From positions 1 through 47,975 of the forward strand of contig JAOTTL010000003.1 in NCBI GenBank assembly GCA_029864385.1: a stretch of 47,975 nt of DNA. The letters are read 5' to 3'. Each line of letters starts with the position of its first letter. Position 1 is the stretch's first letter. The notes under the pieces were generated by a model that had not been told where the DNA came from, did not search any database, and saw only the letters and a list, made by a program, of their open reading frames with translations. The DNA is from Betaproteobacteria bacterium. Its GTDB lineage: Bacteria; Pseudomonadota; Gammaproteobacteria; Burkholderiales; SG8-41. Below, piece after piece: positions 18,924 through 28,990 of this stretch. Position numbers and translations under genes: made by a program.

Positions 18924-20270
18924 GTGAGCACTGAGTTTCCTCTCCTCAGCGGGTTCGAGCCGAGCGCAACCGTGAGCTGGTCGGGCGGGGAGCCGATCAG
19001 CGCGGCGCGCTTTTGCGCCGCGGCCACGCAGCTTGCGGCGGTCTTGCCGCGCCGGCGCTACGTCCTGAACGTGTGCGAAGATCGCCTGAACTTCATGCTG
19101 GGCTTCGCGGCCGCGCTCATCGCGCAACAGGTAAGCCTGTTGCCGTACTCGAAGGCGCCCGGCGTCGTGCGCGACCTCTGCGTCAGCCATCCCGACAGCT
19201 ATTTCCTCGCGGACAGCGGGGATCTGCCCGCAGGGCTGCCGGCGTTCATAGTGCCGCCGTGGTGCGCGCTCGAAGGCGCTGCAGCGGTGCCGCAGCTTCC
19301 TTCCGATCTGGACGCGTTGGTCGCGTTTACTTCGGGCAGCACCGGGCGGCCTCAGGCGCATTCGAAGACCTGGGGCTCGCTGGTCTCCGACGCCCGATCT
19401 CTATACTCCGATCTGGGTATGGCAGGGAACGACGCCTGCTGCGTTCTCGGTACCGTGCCGCCCCAGCATGTTTATGGCCTCGAGACGACCGTGATGCTGC
19501 CGCTGCAGAACGGCGCCTCGGTGCATTCGGGGATTCCCTTGTTGCCGGCCGACGTGACCACAGCTTTGGCTGGAATGCCCGCGAATCGCTGGCTTGCGAC
19601 AACGCCGTTGCACCTGCGGGCATGTGTCGCCGACCGCGCGTCACTGCCGGGGCTCGCAGGAATTGTTTGCGCGACTATGCCGCTATCAGTGGAACTCGTG
19701 CGGGAAGCCGAGCAGATGTGGGCGGCGCCAGTCCAGGAGATCTACGGCTGTACGGAAGCCGGGGCCGTTGCCGTGCGCCGTCTGGCTCGCACCGAGCGCT
19801 GGCACGTTCGTTTCGGCATGCGGTTGCAACAGAAAGGCCCGGATACCTGGGTGGAGGGAGGACATCTCCCGCACCCGATGAGGCTGCCGGATCACATCGA
19901 GCTTAACAGCGACACCGAATTCACTTTCCTCGGGCGGCCCGGTGATATGGCGAAGATTGCGGGCAAACGCGTCTCGCTCGAAGCGCTCAATCACGAGTTG
20001 CAACGTGTGCCCGGCGTGCGCGACGGCGTATTCTTCGTTCCTGACGATTGTCCGCCGGGGGAGGCGCGGCTTGCCGCGTTGGTTGTCGCCCCCGAGCTCG
20101 ACGCCGGGGCGATCCTGCGCGCCCTGCGTGAGCGCATCGATTCGGTGTTCCTGCCGCGCCCCCTGCTGATCGTCGACGCGCTCCCGCGCGGGGCGACGGG
20201 CAAAATTCCGCGTGAGGGTTTGCTCGCGCTCGCGGAGGCGGCTCAGGCGCGAAGCCGGCGGAGCGCGTGA
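18924..20270 (+). CDS. AMP-binding acyl-CoA/acyl-ACP synthetase
   Basis: FTSGSTGRP, HVYGLE, EIYGCTE, KIAGKRVSL, LPRGATGK. Confidence 0.9.
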   Translation: MSTEFPLLSGFEPSATVSWSGGEPISAARFCAAATQLAAVLPRRRYVLNVCEDRLNFMLGFAAALIAQQVSLLPYSKAPGVVRDLCVSHPDSYFLADSGDLPAGLPAFIVPPWCALEGAAAVPQLPSDLDALVAFTSGSTGRPQAHSKTWGSLVSDARSLYSDLGMAGNDACCVLGTVPPQHVYGLETTVMLPLQNGASVHSGIPLLPADVTTALAGMPANRWLATTPLHLRACVADRASLPGLAGIVCATMPLSVELVREAEQMWAAPVQEIYGCTEAGAVAVRRLARTERWHVRFGMRLQQKGPDTWVEGGHLPHPMRLPDHIELNSDTEFTFLGRPGDMAKIAGKRVSLEALNHELQRVPGVRDGVFFVPDDCPPGEARLAALVVAPELDAGAILRALRERIDSVFLPRPLLIVDALPRGATGKIPREGLLALAEAAQARSRRSA

Positions 20271-20569
20271 TGCGCGTCCGGGATTTCGTCGACCCGGCGC
20301 ATCCGGCTCTCGCGGGGCATTTCCCCGGCAATCCGATCGTCCCCGGCGTGCTGCTGCTGGGTCGAGTCCTGCGGGCGGTCGGCGCCACGCTGGGTGCCGC
20401 GGTGAACGCGATACCGACGGCGCGGTTTCACGCCGTGCTCCGACCCGGCGAGGCCTTTGACATCGAGCTGGAACGCGGCGCAGGGGCCACGGTCAAGTTT
20501 CGCGTGTTGCGCGCGGAGACCTTGATCGCAGCGGGTGCCCTGGGCCTCAGCGCCGCTGCGGCCGCATAG
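20267..20569 (+). CDS. FabA/FabZ-like hotdog dehydratase
   Basis: HPALAGHFPGNPIVPGV catalytic motif. Confidence 0.88.
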   Translation: MMRVRDFVDPAHPALAGHFPGNPIVPGVLLLGRVLRAVGATLGAAVNAIPTARFHAVLRPGEAFDIELERGAGATVKFRVLRAETLIAAGALGLSAAAAA

Positions 20570-20576
20570 GCGCGAC

Positions 20577-21482
20577 ATGAGCGCGGCGTGGCTTGCCGAG
20601 CCCGAGCGTGGCAGCCCAGCGGCCATCGGGCTCATCACGTGGCTGACACGGGCGCTCGGGCGCGCGGCAACGCGCTGGCTGCTTTATCCGATCTGTCTTT
20701 ACTTCTTCGCGTTCTCGCCCCGCTCGCGCCGGGCCTCGCGGGCCTATCTCGCGCGGGCGCTGGGCCGTGAGCCGCACAGCAGCGATGTGCTGCGCCATTA
20801 CCATGCCTTTGCCGCGACCGTGCATGATCGCGTGTTCCTCGTGCGCGGCCAGTACGAGCCTTTCGACATCGTCGTGAATGGCGCCGGCGACGTCGACCGG
20901 CTGCTCGCTATGGGCCGCGGCTGCATTCTGCTCGGCTCCCATCTGGGCAGCTTCGAGGTGTTGCGCGCGCTGAGCCGGTTCTACACACACTACGCGGTCA
21001 ACGTTGTCATGCATGAGGCCAATGCCGGGAAAACGGGCCGGGCGCTGGCGAACCTGGCTCCGGATCTGCGCGAGCGAGTGATCGACCCCGGCCGACCCGA
21101 CGCGATTCTTCGGGTGAGGGAGTGTCTCGAGCACGGGGAAATCGTCGGAATCCTCGGCGACCGTCCCTATCGCGGCAGCAGAACACGCCCATGCAGTTTC
21201 CTGGGTGCGACAGCCCGCTTTCCGCTCGGGCCGCTGCTGCTGGCCGGGGCGCTGGGGGCGCCCGTGGTGATGTTCTTCGGTCTATACCGTGGCGGCGCAC
21301 GCTACGAGCTGCACCTGGAGACGCTCACGGAAGGAGCGCTGGTGTCGCGCGAGGCGCGTTCAGCGACGGCCGAGAGGCTGCTCGAGCGCTACGTCGCGCG
21401 GCTGGAGCATCATACCCGGCAGGCTCCCTACAACTGGTTCAACTTCTACGATTTTTGGGATGAGGATGAAGGCGCGCGCTGA
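20577..21482 (+). CDS. Lipid acyltransferase (LpxL-like)
   Basis: WLAEPERGS start, HLGSFE motif, PYNWFNFYDFW end. Confidence 0.88.
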   Translation: MSAAWLAEPERGSPAAIGLITWLTRALGRAATRWLLYPICLYFFAFSPRSRRASRAYLARALGREPHSSDVLRHYHAFAATVHDRVFLVRGQYEPFDIVVNGAGDVDRLLAMGRGCILLGSHLGSFEVLRALSRFYTHYAVNVVMHEANAGKTGRALANLAPDLRERVIDPGRPDAILRVRECLEHGEIVGILGDRPYRGSRTRPCSFLGATARFPLGPLLLAGALGAPVVMFFGLYRGGARYELHLETLTEGALVSREARSATAERLLERYVARLEHHTRQAPYNWFNFYDFWDEDEGAR

Positions 21483-22050
21483 GCTGGCTCTCGTCGCGTG
21501 CGTGAGCGGCCTGCTGGGGAGTGCCGCGGCTGCAGCGGATCTCGACGAGCAGGTGCTCATGCGATTGCTCGCTAGCGTGGAACGCGCGAGCGCGCGATTT
21601 GTCGAGACGCGGCATAGCGCCTTGCTGACAGCGCCCCTCGTGTCGCGCGGTACCCTGCTCTACGAGCGGCCCGACCGGCTGGAGAAACATGTTTCCTTTC
21701 CTTATGACGAGCGCATCGTGCTGGAACGCGGGCAGATGACCATCGACAACCGGACACGCGGCCGGAAGACGACGATAACGATCACGAGAGCGCCGGGTAT
21801 TGCGGGCCTGGTGGAGAGCATCCGCGCGACGCGCGCGGGCGATCTCGGAGCGCTCGAGCGCTTCTACAAGGTCGAGGTCGGCGGAAACCGCGGCGAGTGG
21901 TGGCTACGCCTGAGGCCCCACGATCAGGAACTGGCGGAATACGTAAACGCCGTGACGGTGAAGGGCGCGGGTCCGCGTATCGAGCGGATCGAGGTGGACG
22001 AGAGGAGCGGGGATCGCACCGTCATGGAAATCAACGAAGAATTCAGATGA
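21466..22050 (+). CDS. LolA-like periplasmic carrier
   Basis: Signal peptide; FVETRHSALLTAPLVSRGTLLYERPDRLEKH. Confidence 0.82.
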   Translation: MKARAELALVACVSGLLGSAAAAADLDEQVLMRLLASVERASARFVETRHSALLTAPLVSRGTLLYERPDRLEKHVSFPYDERIVLERGQMTIDNRTRGRKTTITITRAPGIAGLVESIRATRAGDLGALERFYKVEVGGNRGEWWLRLRPHDQELAEYVNAVTVKGAGPRIERIEVDERSGDRTVMEINEEFR

Positions 22051-24362
22051 GAGGGCTGTGGAAGGTAATGCTGGCGATCTGGCTGGTCGCGTGCGTCGCC
22101 TGCGGTACCTGGCTGTACCGGAATTTGTCGGTCACGACGGACCTCACGGTTTTCCTGCCCCCGTCGGCAACGCCCGTCCAGCGGGTACTGGTCGGCCAGC
22201 TGCGCGACGGCGTCGCGTCCCGCCTGATATTGATTGCGCTCGAAGGCGCGCCCGACACGGCGCTCGCGCGTGCCAGCACCAAGCTCGCGGGCCGGCTGAA
22301 GACGAGAGAGCTCTTCTCTTCGGTCAGCAATGGCGGTCCGGGCGCGCTGAAGAAGGAGCGCGAACTCCTATTCGCGCATCGTTACGTGCTGAGCCCGGCC
22401 ATCAGCCCGGAGCGGTTTTCCGTCGCGGGCCTGCACTCGGCGCTCCGCGAAAGCCTCGAGCTGCTGTCCTCACCAGCCGGGGCGTTCATCCGCCCGCTGC
22501 TGCCGTCGGATCCGACCGGTGAGATGCGCGAGCTCGCGCGGCTCATGATCCCGGACGGCGCCCCGGGCAGGCGCCATGGTGTGTGGTTCTCACGCGACGG
22601 CGCACGGGCGCTTTTGGTCGCGGAGACGCGCGCCGCGGGCTTCGATGTGGAGGCGCAGCGGCGCGCGATCCAGTCGATTCGAGACGCCTTTGCGGCCATT
22701 CAGCCGGAAGGCGGGCGTATCGTGCTCTCGGGGCCGGGTGTCTTTGCTTCACAGGTTCGCTCGACGATCGAGGGCGAAGCGTGGCGACTCGCCGCGCTGG
22801 CGGCGGTCCTCGTCATCGCGATTCTGTTTGCGGTCTATCGCTCGGCTGTGACGGTGGCCGCGAGCATGCTGCCCGTGGCAACCGGCCTCCTCGTCGGGGT
22901 AACTGCAGTCAGTCTCGGCTTTGGCGAGGTCCACGGAATCACGCTGGGATTTGGGGCGATGCTGATCGGGGAGGCCGTCGACTATCCGAGCTATCTCTTC
23001 ACGCAGGCGGCCGTCGGCGAGCGCCTCGATGCGACGCTGGCGCGCATCGGCAGCACGCTCCGGCTGGCCGTGCTGACCACCGTCTTCGGCGCACTGGCGA
23101 TGGCGCTCTCGAGCTTCGAGGGACTCGCGCAGCTCGGCGTGCTCACGATCATGGGCGCCACGGCTGCAGGCTTGACGACACGCTGGGTGCTGCCCGCCCT
23201 CGCGCCCGGGGTGTTCGCGCCGCGCAGGGCCCGCGCGGCCCCATTCGACCTGTCGATGCTGGCGACGAGCGGGCGCGGTGCACGATGGGTCGTTGTTCTC
23301 CTAGTGGCCGCGGGGCTTGCCGTGGTGGTGTGGCGCCACGAGCGCCTGTGGGACGACGACCTGGCCAATCTCACGCCCGTCCCGGAGGCGGCCAAGTTGC
23401 GGGATCGTGCCCTGCGCAATGAGCTCGGCGCTCCCGACGTGCGCTATATCGTGGTCGCGCGGGGGAAGAACCGCGAAGCCGCGCTGCAGGCGAGCGAGGC
23501 CGCGGCCGCGTGGCTAGGAGAGAGCGTCGCGCGGGGTTTGCTCGCCGGGTTCGACGTACCGTCCCGTTACCTGCCTAGCGCAAAGACGCAGGCGGCGCGG
23601 CGCGCAGCGCTCCCGGACGCCGCGACACTGGCAGGCAACCTCGATACCGCCATGCGCGATTTGCCGTTCCGGGAGGGGCTGTTCGCGCCGTTCCTCGACG
23701 CGGTCGAACGCAATCGCGCGGGCCCGCCGCTCGAGGCGGAAGCCTTGCGCGACTCCATGCTCTCGCTCAAGGTCGAATCCCTCCTGATCCGTGACCAGCA
23801 GGGGTGGACCGTGCTTGCGCCGCTGCGCGGCGTGCGGGCGCCGGAGGCGCTGTCGCTCGCCGCGAGCCGGGCGGGACACCAGCTCCTCGATCTCAAGGGC
23901 GAGTCCAATCGGCTCGTCAACAGCTACCGCGACCAGTCGCTGTGGCTCATCGCGCTGGGGTTGCTGTGCATGACGGTCGTGCTCGCCTGGGGCCTGCGCA
24001 GCGCAGCCCGTGCCCTGCGCGTGCTCGTGCCCGCCCTCGCCGCTGTGGTGCTGGACGTCGCGATCCTGCTGCTGCTCGGAGAGCGGCTCTCGCTCTTCAA
24101 TCTCGTCGCACTGCTGCTGGTCGTGGGCATGGGGCTCAACTACGCGCTGTTTTTCGAGCGGCCGCAGGGTGATACAGCGGAGCAGGCGCGCACACAGCTC
24201 TCGCTCGTGGTCTGCGGCGCGACCACGCTCGCGGCCTTCGGCTGCCTGTCGCTGTCCGAAACGCCCGTGCTACATGCGATCGGCGTGACCGTTGCGCTCG
24301 GCTCGGTATTATCGCTGCTCCTCGCTGCGGCGCTCACCGGCCGCCGTGGGAATCCGGTCTAG
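22047..24362 (+). CDS. MMPL/RND-like lipid exporter
   Basis: Two TM bundles separated by periplasmic loops; GEAVDYP and GMGLNYALF motifs. Confidence 0.88.
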   Translation: MRGLWKVMLAIWLVACVACGTWLYRNLSVTTDLTVFLPPSATPVQRVLVGQLRDGVASRLILIALEGAPDTALARASTKLAGRLKTRELFSSVSNGGPGALKKERELLFAHRYVLSPAISPERFSVAGLHSALRESLELLSSPAGAFIRPLLPSDPTGEMRELARLMIPDGAPGRRHGVWFSRDGARALLVAETRAAGFDVEAQRRAIQSIRDAFAAIQPEGGRIVLSGPGVFASQVRSTIEGEAWRLAALAAVLVIAILFAVYRSAVTVAASMLPVATGLLVGVTAVSLGFGEVHGITLGFGAMLIGEAVDYPSYLFTQAAVGERLDATLARIGSTLRLAVLTTVFGALAMALSSFEGLAQLGVLTIMGATAAGLTTRWVLPALAPGVFAPRRARAAPFDLSMLATSGRGARWVVVLLVAAGLAVVVWRHERLWDDDLANLTPVPEAAKLRDRALRNELGAPDVRYIVVARGKNREAALQASEAAAAWLGESVARGLLAGFDVPSRYLPSAKTQAARRAALPDAATLAGNLDTAMRDLPFREGLFAPFLDAVERNRAGPPLEAEALRDSMLSLKVESLLIRDQQGWTVLAPLRGVRAPEALSLAASRAGHQLLDLKGESNRLVNSYRDQSLWLIALGLLCMTVVLAWGLRSAARALRVLVPALAAVVLDVAILLLLGERLSLFNLVALLLVVGMGLNYALFFERPQGDTAEQARTQLSLVVCGATTLAAFGCLSLSETPVLHAIGVTVALGSVLSLLLAAALTGRRGNPV

Positions 24363-24411
24363 CTGAAGACGCCGTCCGGTATACTTGTCGGGTCATACGC
24401 GGGGGCTGCAC

Positions 24412-25602
24412 TTGAGGCCATTAGTCATCACTGGTTTGGCCACCGCGAATCCGCTGGGACTCGGATGCGAGGCGACCCTCGTGGCGCTGCGTGAACGCCG
24501 CGGCGCATTGCGGTGCAACGACCTGGAATCCGCCGCTGGGCTCGACACGTGGATCGGACGCGTGGACGGTCTTGAAAACGAGCCGGTAACGGAGCGCCTG
24601 GCGGAATTCGACTGCCGAAACAACCGCCTTGCCCAGCTCGGCCTGCGCCAGGACGGCTTTGAGCAGGCCGTTGCGCGAGCGCGCCGTCAATACGGGGCGC
24701 ATCGGATCGCGGTCCTGATCGGGACCAGCACGTCAGGCGTCCGGGAATGCGAGCGCGCCTACTGCGAGCGCGATGCTCAGAGCGGTGCCCTGCCGGGCTG
24801 GTTCGACGAGCGCCACACGCACAACCTCTACTCCGTCGCGGATTTCGTGCAGCGCTACCTCGAGCTGCACGGAGCGGCGGTCGCCATCTCGACGGCGTGC
24901 TCGTCCAGCGCGAAGGTGTTCACAAGTGCGCACCGGCTCATCGAGGCAGGCTTTGCGGATGCTGCGGTCGTGGGCGGGGTGGACAGCCTGTGTCTGACCA
25001 CGCTCTACGGTTTCGCTTCGCTCGAGCTGCTCTCGCGCGAGCCGTGCCGGCCGTGCGACGCGCATCGTGACGGCATTTCGATCGGCGAGGCGGCCGGATT
25101 TGCCTTGCTCGAGCGAGCGGACGGTGCGGAAAGCGGCACGACATTGGCTGGCTATGGCGAGAGCTCGGATGCCTATCACATGTCATCTCCCCACCCGGCG
25201 GGCGAGGGCGCGTATCGCGCGATGCGGGACGCGCTCGACCGGGCGGAGATCACGGCGGCGGATGTGGGTTACGTCAACATGCATGGCACGGGCACGCACG
25301 CCAACGACCGCGTCGAAGATGAGGCGCTCCATCGCATCTTTGGCCATTCGGTGCCGTGCAGCTCGACGAAGGGCTGGACCGGCCACACGCTGGGTGCTGC
25401 CGGAATTCTCGAAGCGGTCATCGCGGCGCAATGTCTGGCGCATGGCTATGTGCCGGGCAGCCTCAACGTCCGGGAAATCGACCCGGCGTTCAAGAGCCGG
25501 ATTGCGCTGGAGCCCGTGGCGCGCGATTTGCGTTACGTGCTCTCGAATTCCTTTGGCTTCGGGGGCAACAATTGCAGCCTGTTGTTCGGGAGGTTGGCGT
25601 GA
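24412..25602 (+). CDS. Beta-ketoacyl-ACP synthase
   Basis: STACSSS active Cys, HGTGT, STKGWTGHTLGAAG, SNSFGFGGNN; start uncertain (24385/24412). Confidence 0.93.
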   Translation: MRPLVITGLATANPLGLGCEATLVALRERRGALRCNDLESAAGLDTWIGRVDGLENEPVTERLAEFDCRNNRLAQLGLRQDGFEQAVARARRQYGAHRIAVLIGTSTSGVRECERAYCERDAQSGALPGWFDERHTHNLYSVADFVQRYLELHGAAVAISTACSSSAKVFTSAHRLIEAGFADAAVVGGVDSLCLTTLYGFASLELLSREPCRPCDAHRDGISIGEAAGFALLERADGAESGTTLAGYGESSDAYHMSSPHPAGEGAYRAMRDALDRAEITAADVGYVNMHGTGTHANDRVEDEALHRIFGHSVPCSSTKGWTGHTLGAAGILEAVIAAQCLAHGYVPGSLNVREIDPAFKSRIALEPVARDLRYVLSNSFGFGGNNCSLLFGRLA

Positions 25603-26393
25603 GCGGGCTCTATCTCTCCGGCGTCGGTGTGCTCGGCCCGGGGTTACCGGACTGGCCGGCTGCACACGAATTGCTGGGCGGGAAGCGGGAGTATCACCAC
25701 GAGCCGCCGCCTCAACCCGATGCCCGCGTTCTGCCGCCAAACGAGCGCAGACGCGGCGCGAAATCCGTGCGTTGGGCGGTCGCGGCGGCGCAAGAGGCCC
25801 TGGACGGCGCAGACATCACGGCGGCCGAAGTCGCAACGGTTTTCGCGTCGAGTTCGGGCGACGGTGAGACGCTGCATCAACTCTGCGAAGCGCTTGCGGG
25901 GCCGGCGCGTGAGGTCTCGCCGACCCGCTTTCACAACTCCGTGCACAATGCGCCCGCTGGCTATTGGAGCATCGCGGCGGGATCGCAGCAGCCTTCGGTG
26001 ACCTTGTGCGCCTACGATGGTTCTTTTGCCGCCGGCCTGATCGAGGCCGCAGCGCAGGTGCACGCGTACGGCGCGCCGGTGCTTCTGGTCACCTACGATC
26101 TTCCTTACCCGGAACCCCTCGCAAGGGTGCGCAAGATCAGAGAGCCGCTCGCCGTGGCACTGCTGTTCTCGCGCGAGCCGCGGGCCGGCACGCTTGGGCT
26201 GTGGCGCGTCGCCGTTTGCGAAGGCGCGTCGGCTACACGTTTTCCCGAGTCGCTCCCGCCGGGGCTGTGCACCAATCCCGCGGCGCATGCGCTGCCGTTG
26301 CTCGCCACGGTGGCGCGGAACGTATCCGAAACCGTCGCCATCACCTACGTGAACGGGTGTCATCTCCGGGTCGAGACCCAGCCATGGTCGTGA
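25599..26393 (+). CDS. Beta-ketoacyl synthase chain-length factor
   Basis: LPPNERRR, SPTRFHNSVHNA; lacks the catalytic Cys motif; GTG overlaps the KS stop. Confidence 0.88.
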   Translation: MSGLYLSGVGVLGPGLPDWPAAHELLGGKREYHHEPPPQPDARVLPPNERRRGAKSVRWAVAAAQEALDGADITAAEVATVFASSSGDGETLHQLCEALAGPAREVSPTRFHNSVHNAPAGYWSIAAGSQQPSVTLCAYDGSFAAGLIEAAAQVHAYGAPVLLVTYDLPYPEPLARVRKIREPLAVALLFSREPRAGTLGLWRVAVCEGASATRFPESLPPGLCTNPAAHALPLLATVARNVSETVAITYVNGCHLRVETQPWS

Positions 26394-26821
26394 GCCATGA
26401 GACACTTGCAGGCCTGATTCCCCATCGCGGCGCGATGTGCCTGCTCCACGAGGTGCTGCACATGGACGACGAGAGCATAACGTGCCGCGCAATAAGCCAC
26501 CGTGATCCCGACCATCCGCTGCGCGAGGAAGGGATCCTGCCGGCACTCTCGGGAATCGAGTATGCGGCGCAGGCAATGGCCGTGCACGGCGCACTCCGCG
26601 AGTCGCGTGGTCCGCAATCTGGCGTGCTGGCGGCGGTGCGTGACGTCGTATTGAATGTCGAGCGCCTGGACGATATCCCGGACGATCTCGTGCTCACGGC
26701 ACGCCGGCTGCTCAACGATCACACCCGGCTGCTGTACGAATTCGAAGTACGGGCTGGTTCTCGGGAGCTGCTGCGAGGGCGCGCCGTGGTGGTGCTAGGC
26801 GTGAACGGAGCTATGGCATGA
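26384..26821 (+). CDS. Hotdog-fold 3-hydroxyacyl-ACP dehydratase
   Basis: LIPHRGAMCLL, EYAAQAMAVHG. Confidence 0.88.
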   Translation: MVVSHETLAGLIPHRGAMCLLHEVLHMDDESITCRAISHRDPDHPLREEGILPALSGIEYAAQAMAVHGALRESRGPQSGVLAAVRDVVLNVERLDDIPDDLVLTARRLLNDHTRLLYEFEVRAGSRELLRGRAVVVLGVNGAMA

Positions 26822-27591
26822 CCGCCATAGCTGCCGTCATACCGGCCTACAACGAGGCACGCACGATCCGCGATGTCGCTGAACGCACATTGCAGCACGT
26901 TCCGTTTGTTGTTGTCGTGGACGATGGTTCCTCCGACGGTACCGGCGCCGCGCTGGCTGGACTGTCTGTGACGCTCCTCCGTAACGACGGGAACCGCGGG
27001 AAGGCGGTTAGCCTTGCGAAGGGAGCGGAATATGCTCTCGCGCGGGGTGCCCGTGCAATCCTGACACTGGATGGAGACGGGCAGCATCGTCCAGAAGATA
27101 TTCCCCGCTTGGTGGCAGCCTATGAGCGCGACCCGGGAGCAGTCGTTATCGGCTCGCGGCTGCACGATGGCGATCGCATCCCTCGGGACCGCTACCTGGC
27201 CAACCGGTTTGCCAATTTCTGGATCGCGTGGGCGGCGGGCCAGCCGATCGCCGACAGCCAGTCCGGTTTCCGGATCTATCCTGCTGCGCTGCTGCGTGAG
27301 GTCAGGCCCCGGGCCGACCGCGCCTCGGGCTTCGTGTTCGAGAGCGAGATTCTGATCGAGGCTGGACGCCGCCGCGTGCGGCTGATGAACGTGCCGATTT
27401 CGGCGATCTACCCGGTGCGCGCACGGCGCAGCCATTTCCGCCCGGTACTGGACATCGCGCAGATCACGCGCATGGTTGCGTGGAAGCTGCTATCCCGCGG
27501 CCTTTATCTGCCCGGGCTGGTGAGAAGCCTTCAGCCGACCGCTCGCGATGAAGTTGGGGACCAAACAGGCGGGCGGGGCGAAGCGCGCTGA
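26818..27591 (+). CDS. Glycosyltransferase family 2
   Basis: IPAYNE, VDDGSSDGT, DGDGQH, DSQSGFRIY, SHFRP. Confidence 0.93.
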   Translation: MTAIAAVIPAYNEARTIRDVAERTLQHVPFVVVVDDGSSDGTGAALAGLSVTLLRNDGNRGKAVSLAKGAEYALARGARAILTLDGDGQHRPEDIPRLVAAYERDPGAVVIGSRLHDGDRIPRDRYLANRFANFWIAWAAGQPIADSQSGFRIYPAALLREVRPRADRASGFVFESEILIEAGRRRVRLMNVPISAIYPVRARRSHFRPVLDIAQITRMVAWKLLSRGLYLPGLVRSLQPTARDEVGDQTGGRGEAR

Positions 27592-27604
27592 TGTACAGAA
27601 AGAA

Positions 27605-27723
27605 GTGATGAGTAATGGTGATGAGTGATCGTGATGAACAATGGTGATAGGTAACCTGCTTTCTATCATCAACTCTCATCGCCTGTAACCATCACCACTT
27701 CTCATCACCTGTTCTCATCACCT
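27605..27723. repeat. 13-mer tandem-repeat hairpin
   Basis: GTGAT cores at 27605, 27618, 27631, 27644 and complementary TCATCAC-type cores at 27663, 27676, 27689, 27702, 27715; both arms have a 13-nt period. Confidence 0.85.
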
Positions 27724-27724
27724 T

Positions 27725-28966
27725 TCAGTCGAGCACGTGCGAGACCATGCCGTCGGCCAGCTTAGGTTCGAACCAAGTGGACTTCGTCGGCATGACTCCG
27801 CCCGCTTCGGCAACGGCTATCAAGTCCTCCATGCTCGTGGGATAGAAGGCGAAGGCGGCAGCCATCTCGCCGCTGTTTACGCGCTTCTCCAGTTCCGGCA
27901 GGCCGCGGATGCCGCCGACGTAGTCGATGCGCTTGTCGCGGCGCAAATCCTTGATGCCTAGAACTGGCCCGAGCAAGTGGTCAGACAGGAGCCTCACGTC
28001 GAGGCGAGCTACGGGATCGTCGACGGGAATCAGCTCACGGCGGATCGCGAGGCGATACCACTCGCCGGCGAGGTACAGGCCGAATTCGGCCCGCTTCGCC
28101 GGCTTCACCAGCGTGGGACTGCTTTCGACGGAAAAGTTTTCCCGCACGCGCGCGAGGAAAGCCCCGGCGTCCATGCCATTCAAGTCGGCGACGACGCGGT
28201 TGTAGGCGAGAATCGGCGTTTGGTGGTGGGGGAAGATCACTGTCAGGAAGTAGTTGTAGTTTTCCTCTCCGGTGTGGCGCGGATTGGCGGTGCGGCGCGC
28301 AGCGGCGACGCGCGAGGCAGCCGCCGAGCGGTGGTGGCCATCGGCGATGTAAAGGGCGGGCAAGGCATCAAAGGCCCGGGTCAGTCGCGCCTGGATTTCG
28401 GCGTCGCGCACCACCCATAGAGAGTGGCGGATGCCGTCGTCGGCGGTGACGTCCGCCTCGAGCGCGCCGGCCGAGCAGCGGGCCAGGATGTCATCTATTT
28501 CTTGCGCGCCCGGATACGCGAGCAGGACCGGGCCGGTCTGGGCATTCAACGCTTCGATCTGGCGCACGCGGTCGTTTTCCTTGTCCGTTTGCGTGTGCTC
28601 ATGTTTGCGGATGCGGTTATTGTCGTAATCCGCCACCGAGGCCGCCGCCACCAGGCCGATCTGTGTGTGCTCGCCCATGATCAGGCGGTACACGTAGTAG
28701 GCGCGCACCGGGTCACGGGTGAGGATGCCTTCGCGCAACATGAGACCCAGATTTTCCGCTGCCTTGGCGTAGACTTGAGGCGCGTAGGGATTGGTTCCCA
28801 CCGGCAGGTCGATCTCCGGCTTGGAGATGTGCAGGAAGCTCCATGGCTTGCCGGCGGCTCGCGTGCGCGCTTCGTCGGTGGACAGCACATCGTAGGGGGG
28901 AGCGATGACTTCGGCGGCGCGACCGGAAGCGGGGCGCAGCCCGGCGAAGGGTCGAATCAGGTGCAT
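27725..28966 (-). CDS. DUF1015 family protein
   Basis: PPYDV, SFLHISKPEID, YIADGHHR, MPTKSTWFEPKL. Confidence 0.92.
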   Translation of the reverse strand: MHLIRPFAGLRPASGRAAEVIAPPYDVLSTDEARTRAAGKPWSFLHISKPEIDLPVGTNPYAPQVYAKAAENLGLMLREGILTRDPVRAYYVYRLIMGEHTQIGLVAAASVADYDNNRIRKHEHTQTDKENDRVRQIEALNAQTGPVLLAYPGAQEIDDILARCSAGALEADVTADDGIRHSLWVVRDAEIQARLTRAFDALPALYIADGHHRSAAASRVAAARRTANPRHTGEENYNYFLTVIFPHHQTPILAYNRVVADLNGMDAGAFLARVRENFSVESSPTLVKPAKRAEFGLYLAGEWYRLAIRRELIPVDDPVARLDVRLLSDHLLGPVLGIKDLRRDKRIDYVGGIRGLPELEKRVNSGEMAAAFAFYPTSMEDLIAVAEAGGVMPTKSTWFEPKLADGMVSHVLD

Positions 28967-28990
28967 GTCGGTTTCCTATGACAAAACATT

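Noticed and set aside
27725-28966. Functional link between DUF1015 (DGHHR) and the DGQHR protein
   Set aside because: They share only a ParB/Srx-like motif and are 18 kb apart with no operonic connection.
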